Source: a virus
Lineage: Duplodnaviria > Caudoviricetes
Virus record (IMG/VR): IMGVR_UViG_3300031673_009818
Span: 1-56,899 of that record
DNA length: 56,899 nt
Strand: one strand, 5' to 3'
Shown here one piece after another: positions 54,011-56,899 of this stretch. A model generated the notes under the pieces. It ran no database searches, had not been told where the DNA came from, and saw only the letters and a program-made list of their open reading frames with translations. A program made the translations under genes and the position numbers. Position 1 is the stretch's first letter. Each line of letters begins with the position of its first letter.

Positions 54011-56116
54011 TTAACTCAACAAAACCCCATTCTCTAGCGCCGCTTCAATAATCAACTTACAAGCATTTTCCCAACTAGGTTTAATTACCTGGCTTTTATA
54101 AACTGCTTTTTTATAAGGATTTGAATTTGAGCAAATCAAATCAATCATAAAAATACGACAAAAAACACCATAAATATTAACGTCCCAAAAGTGATTTTGA
54201 ATACCAGTTTTCTTTTTCTCCCAAAGGTACTTATCAACTCCGCCCTCAACTTTTTTTACAATTTTACTTTCAGATTCAAAATGAGCAAAATAATTTCTAT
54301 ATGTATATTTATTTATTTCAGTATCATATTCTGGATAGTTCATAAAATGTTCGTCCTGATGTAATTGTCCTGAATCATCAATGTAACTATTTGAATCTAT
54401 GTATTTTGAAACCCAATCTTTTACAACATTTACGTTTAATAAATAAAACCCCCCAGTTGAACTAGTCCGATAAATATTACCAAAATCAGTTTTAGTTTGA
54501 ACAATGAATTTTTCAGGATCTTCGCCCTTAACACCTATACACAAAATACCCTTTTGCCTCATTCGCCTAACAAATTCTAATGCATAGTCCTGAAAAGCCC
54601 CAATATCAACAGCTATAATAGTTAATTGTTTTTCATGTTTTCCAAATTTTTGCATTACAATTTTCTCAAATTCAGTCCAAATACTGTCCATTACATCAAA
54701 CCTATAAGTCATTTTTGTACGTTCAACTTCAAGTTTACCAGTATTAATACCTTCTTTTTCTAGTGCCAATCGTTCAATTTTTGGAATGAAAGTACCAATA
54801 CTTCCAGCATCTATACTGTAAGTTGGCCCCTTAGCTGAATGCCCAATTAATTCATAATCCAAACGCCCATCGTTCTCATATCCGTTCAAGTCACATGCCA
54901 GACTAATAATCATAATTTCACCATTACCATCTTTTTTTGATAACTCAAACGGACATTCACCAATTTTATAATCCCTTCTATTTTGCTGTAATTTTGTGGA
55001 TTTTATTTTTATTCCTTCTGGTTTGTAGGGCTTTCCTTCTATTGAATTTGTAAAACTCTGTATTTCAGAATCACTCTTAACGCCTCCACGGGGCCATGCT
55101 GCCTGATATTCTTTTGCAAAATCATACCAGTTATCCATAGTTAGAGGTGCATATAATGCCGAAATCCTATAACTTACAAATCGTTTGTCTTCTCGCTCAA
55201 TTGTCGGTTTCCAAATGCCATTATTAAGCATTTCATATTTATGTTTTTTTTCCTGAAAATCATTTTCGCATTTTCCACAACGGTATCTTACACTTTTTTC
55301 AATGACCTCATCATTTCGAACATCAAATATAACTCCATATCTCGTATTATTTTCATTCCTTTCATTCCATACCAGCTCAATATATTCACCACATTTCGGA
55401 CACGGAACATAATATACGTTTTGATTTCCACGCAAATAAAGCTTATAAATCAAACTGCTATCCAAAAGTAAAGGTGAACTGATATAAAATATTTTCTTTG
55501 AGTCCCCAAAACTTCTAGTCCTATCTTCCATCAACTTCAAAAAACTACCTGAATCTTTTGAAATACCTTTGAAAGCGTCCAATTCGTCGGCAATAACTGA
55601 TCCAGCAGTTACCTGCCTCATATTAGTTGCACTTTGCCCACCAAAATTGAAAAGCTCAAACCCTCCGGAGAAAAACTTTTGTTGCATAGTGTCACCTTTT
55701 GAATTTGATTGAACCCCTGAACCTTTTCCAAGCAAGTGCCTTATATCACAACCATCTATACCATCATCCACGCCCTTCATTGTTTTTGTTGCTAACGTAT
55801 CATTAGCGGATAATAGCATAATATTCGTAGGTCGTTCACTCATAACATAAGGAACTCCATTATGAACTATACAAAAAGTGCCCCCGGTTCGAACCCCCTT
55901 CATTAATGTAACGTGAGTAACGGGATCATACGGGCTTAAGTGCTCAACTATTTGACGCATATAAGGCGTATTTTTCCAATCGAATTGACCAAACATTCTT
56001 TCAGACACATGCCTTTGCACATATCTTTTTTGTTCAATATATTCTGATGGGCCTAATTCCTTTTCATCAAAATTTAATATTGAAGATGAATAAATTTGTT
56101 TTATTGAATTTACCAT
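54011..56116 (-). CDS. terL: Terminase large subunit (lambda GpA family)
   Basis: TPYMRQI; MKGVRTGGT; ADELDAF; ISSP; YYVPCPKCG; CGKC; SALYAP; NHFWD. Confidence 0.93.
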   Translation of the reverse strand: MVNSIKQIYSSSILNFDEKELGPSEYIEQKRYVQRHVSERMFGQFDWKNTPYMRQIVEHLSPYDPVTHVTLMKGVRTGGTFCIVHNGVPYVMSERPTNIMLLSANDTLATKTMKGVDDGIDGCDIRHLLGKGSGVQSNSKGDTMQQKFFSGGFELFNFGGQSATNMRQVTAGSVIADELDAFKGISKDSGSFLKLMEDRTRSFGDSKKIFYISSPLLLDSSLIYKLYLRGNQNVYYVPCPKCGEYIELVWNERNENNTRYGVIFDVRNDEVIEKSVRYRCGKCENDFQEKKHKYEMLNNGIWKPTIEREDKRFVSYRISALYAPLTMDNWYDFAKEYQAAWPRGGVKSDSEIQSFTNSIEGKPYKPEGIKIKSTKLQQNRRDYKIGECPFELSKKDGNGEIMIISLACDLNGYENDGRLDYELIGHSAKGPTYSIDAGSIGTFIPKIERLALEKEGINTGKLEVERTKMTYRFDVMDSIWTEFEKIVMQKFGKHEKQLTIIAVDIGAFQDYALEFVRRMRQKGILCIGVKGEDPEKFIVQTKTDFGNIYRTSSTGGFYLLNVNVVKDWVSKYIDSNSYIDDSGQLHQDEHFMNYPEYDTEINKYTYRNYFAHFESESKIVKKVEGGVDKYLWEKKKTGIQNHFWDVNIYGVFCRIFMIDLICSNSNPYKKAVYKSQVIKPSWENACKLIIEAALENGVLLS

Positions 56117-56736
56117 TTATTTAATAACGCGTAATCCTCCGCATGCTTAATTGCTTCGGGTTCTTGTTTTTTTATTCCCAATTTTAAAACTTCATTAAAT
56201 CCATGTTTGAATTTTTTCTTAAATCTTAGTTTGGTTTCAATATCTGCATCAAGTTCATTACATATTTGTTCGATTATTGAATTACCAAAATTTACAGTTT
56301 CGCCAAATATGCCCCTTATATTTCGACCACTCCACTCAATTATGAAATCCAAAGGCAATACCTTTGCTTTCTTTTTTAATAGTTCAATTTTCTTTAGTTC
56401 AGTATCAGCTTCTATTCTTTTTGTTTCTCGGTGTTTTTTTATTCCATCGATGGTATTGAATTTAAGTGAGTCAATATCTATTGATTCAAAATCGGATAGG
56501 TCTTGTGTTTCTTTTTTTGGTTTTGGTCTTGGTGAATTTGGGTTTACTTCTCTTTTCTGTATTTCGCGTTTTGGACGAATCATATTTTTTGCTATCCAGG
56601 CCTTATTAATCGGATGGTCTGTATCTATTTTTTTATATTCTTCTATTAGTTGCTTCCTGCCTACATATATGCCCACGTATTGAGATGATTTCCCAATTAA
56701 ATCAGCTACTTGTTTTCTTGTTTGAAGATTTGCCAT
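56110..56736 (-). CDS. terS: Terminase small subunit
   Basis: N-terminal HTH (TRKQVADLIGKSSQYV), coiled coil, overlaps terL start; TACCTTTG box at 56773-56766. Confidence 0.75.
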   Translation of the reverse strand: MANLQTRKQVADLIGKSSQYVGIYVGRKQLIEEYKKIDTDHPINKAWIAKNMIRPKREIQKREVNPNSPRPKPKKETQDLSDFESIDIDSLKFNTIDGIKKHRETKRIEADTELKKIELLKKKAKVLPLDFIIEWSGRNIRGIFGETVNFGNSIIEQICNELDADIETKLRFKKKFKHGFNEVLKLGIKKQEPEAIKHAEDYALLNKW

Positions 56737-56885
56737 TTTGTCATACCATTAAACCATTTAGCTCACAAAGGTAACAAAAATAAAACAATAATTTGTTGTA
56801 AAACAATTCTGTAATAGTTTATATATCATTGAAATCTGAATAAAACAATGATTCTGAAAAAATTCACAGTTTTTTTTTATCGCTA

Positions 56886-56899
56886 GGACAAGCACCCAT
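56886..56899. repeat. Right copy of 14-bp terminal direct repeat
   Basis: Identical to 2-15. Confidence 0.9.

Noticed and set aside
56207-56683. Long antisense ORFs (e.g. 56207-56683, 5741-6118, 10280-10687, 11900-12235, 23264-23668, 38866-39168)
   Set aside because: Fully overlap well-supported genes on the opposite strand and have reverse-complement codon composition
1-56899. Stop-codon reassignment (alternative genetic code)
   Set aside because: Standard-code ORFs tile the genome densely, core genes are full length, and TAA, TAG and TGA all end genes

Overview
The window looks like a complete, or essentially complete, ~56.9 kb AT-rich tailed-phage genome. The host is inferred to be Bacteroidota from many TTTG-N19/20-TAnnTTTG promoters and mostly SD-less starts. 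It is bounded by a 14-bp direct repeat just upstream of the small terminase gene, which may be a cos end. The + strand (0.8-25.9 kb) carries early genes: Prim-Pol/VirE primase-helicase, Rad52-like annealase, YqaJ exonuclease, SMC-like ATPase, two adenine methyltransferases, SF2 helicase, AntA/B antirepressor, DUF5131, SSB-like protein and VRR-NUC, followed unusually by part of the baseplate module. The - strand (26.1-56.7 kb) carries lambda-type head genes (TerS, GpA TerL, gpW, portal, Clp protease, gpD, gpE) and a Mu-type contractile tail, interrupted by two + strand small-gene islands. I recognise no integrase, CI repressor, ParA or endolysin. The most striking signals are non-coding. (1) A promoter-terminator-bounded ~57-nt RNA at 45.6 kb is antisense to the AATCTTATG start-codon motif shared by at least seven early genes. 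(2) A gaplessly aligned 161-bp intergenic element occurs four times plus one deleted copy, at 9-12 kb intervals. (3) An array of small ORFs at 51.4-54.0 kb is punctuated by a conserved 49-bp hairpin repeat and headed by an AbiEii/MenT-like nucleotidyltransferase. (4) There are two atypical tRNA-like RNAs. (5) A +1/-2 (not -1) tail-chaperone frameshift extension runs into a terminator just ahead of the tape-measure gene. All protein calls come from motif recognition and synteny by eye; no database searches were run.
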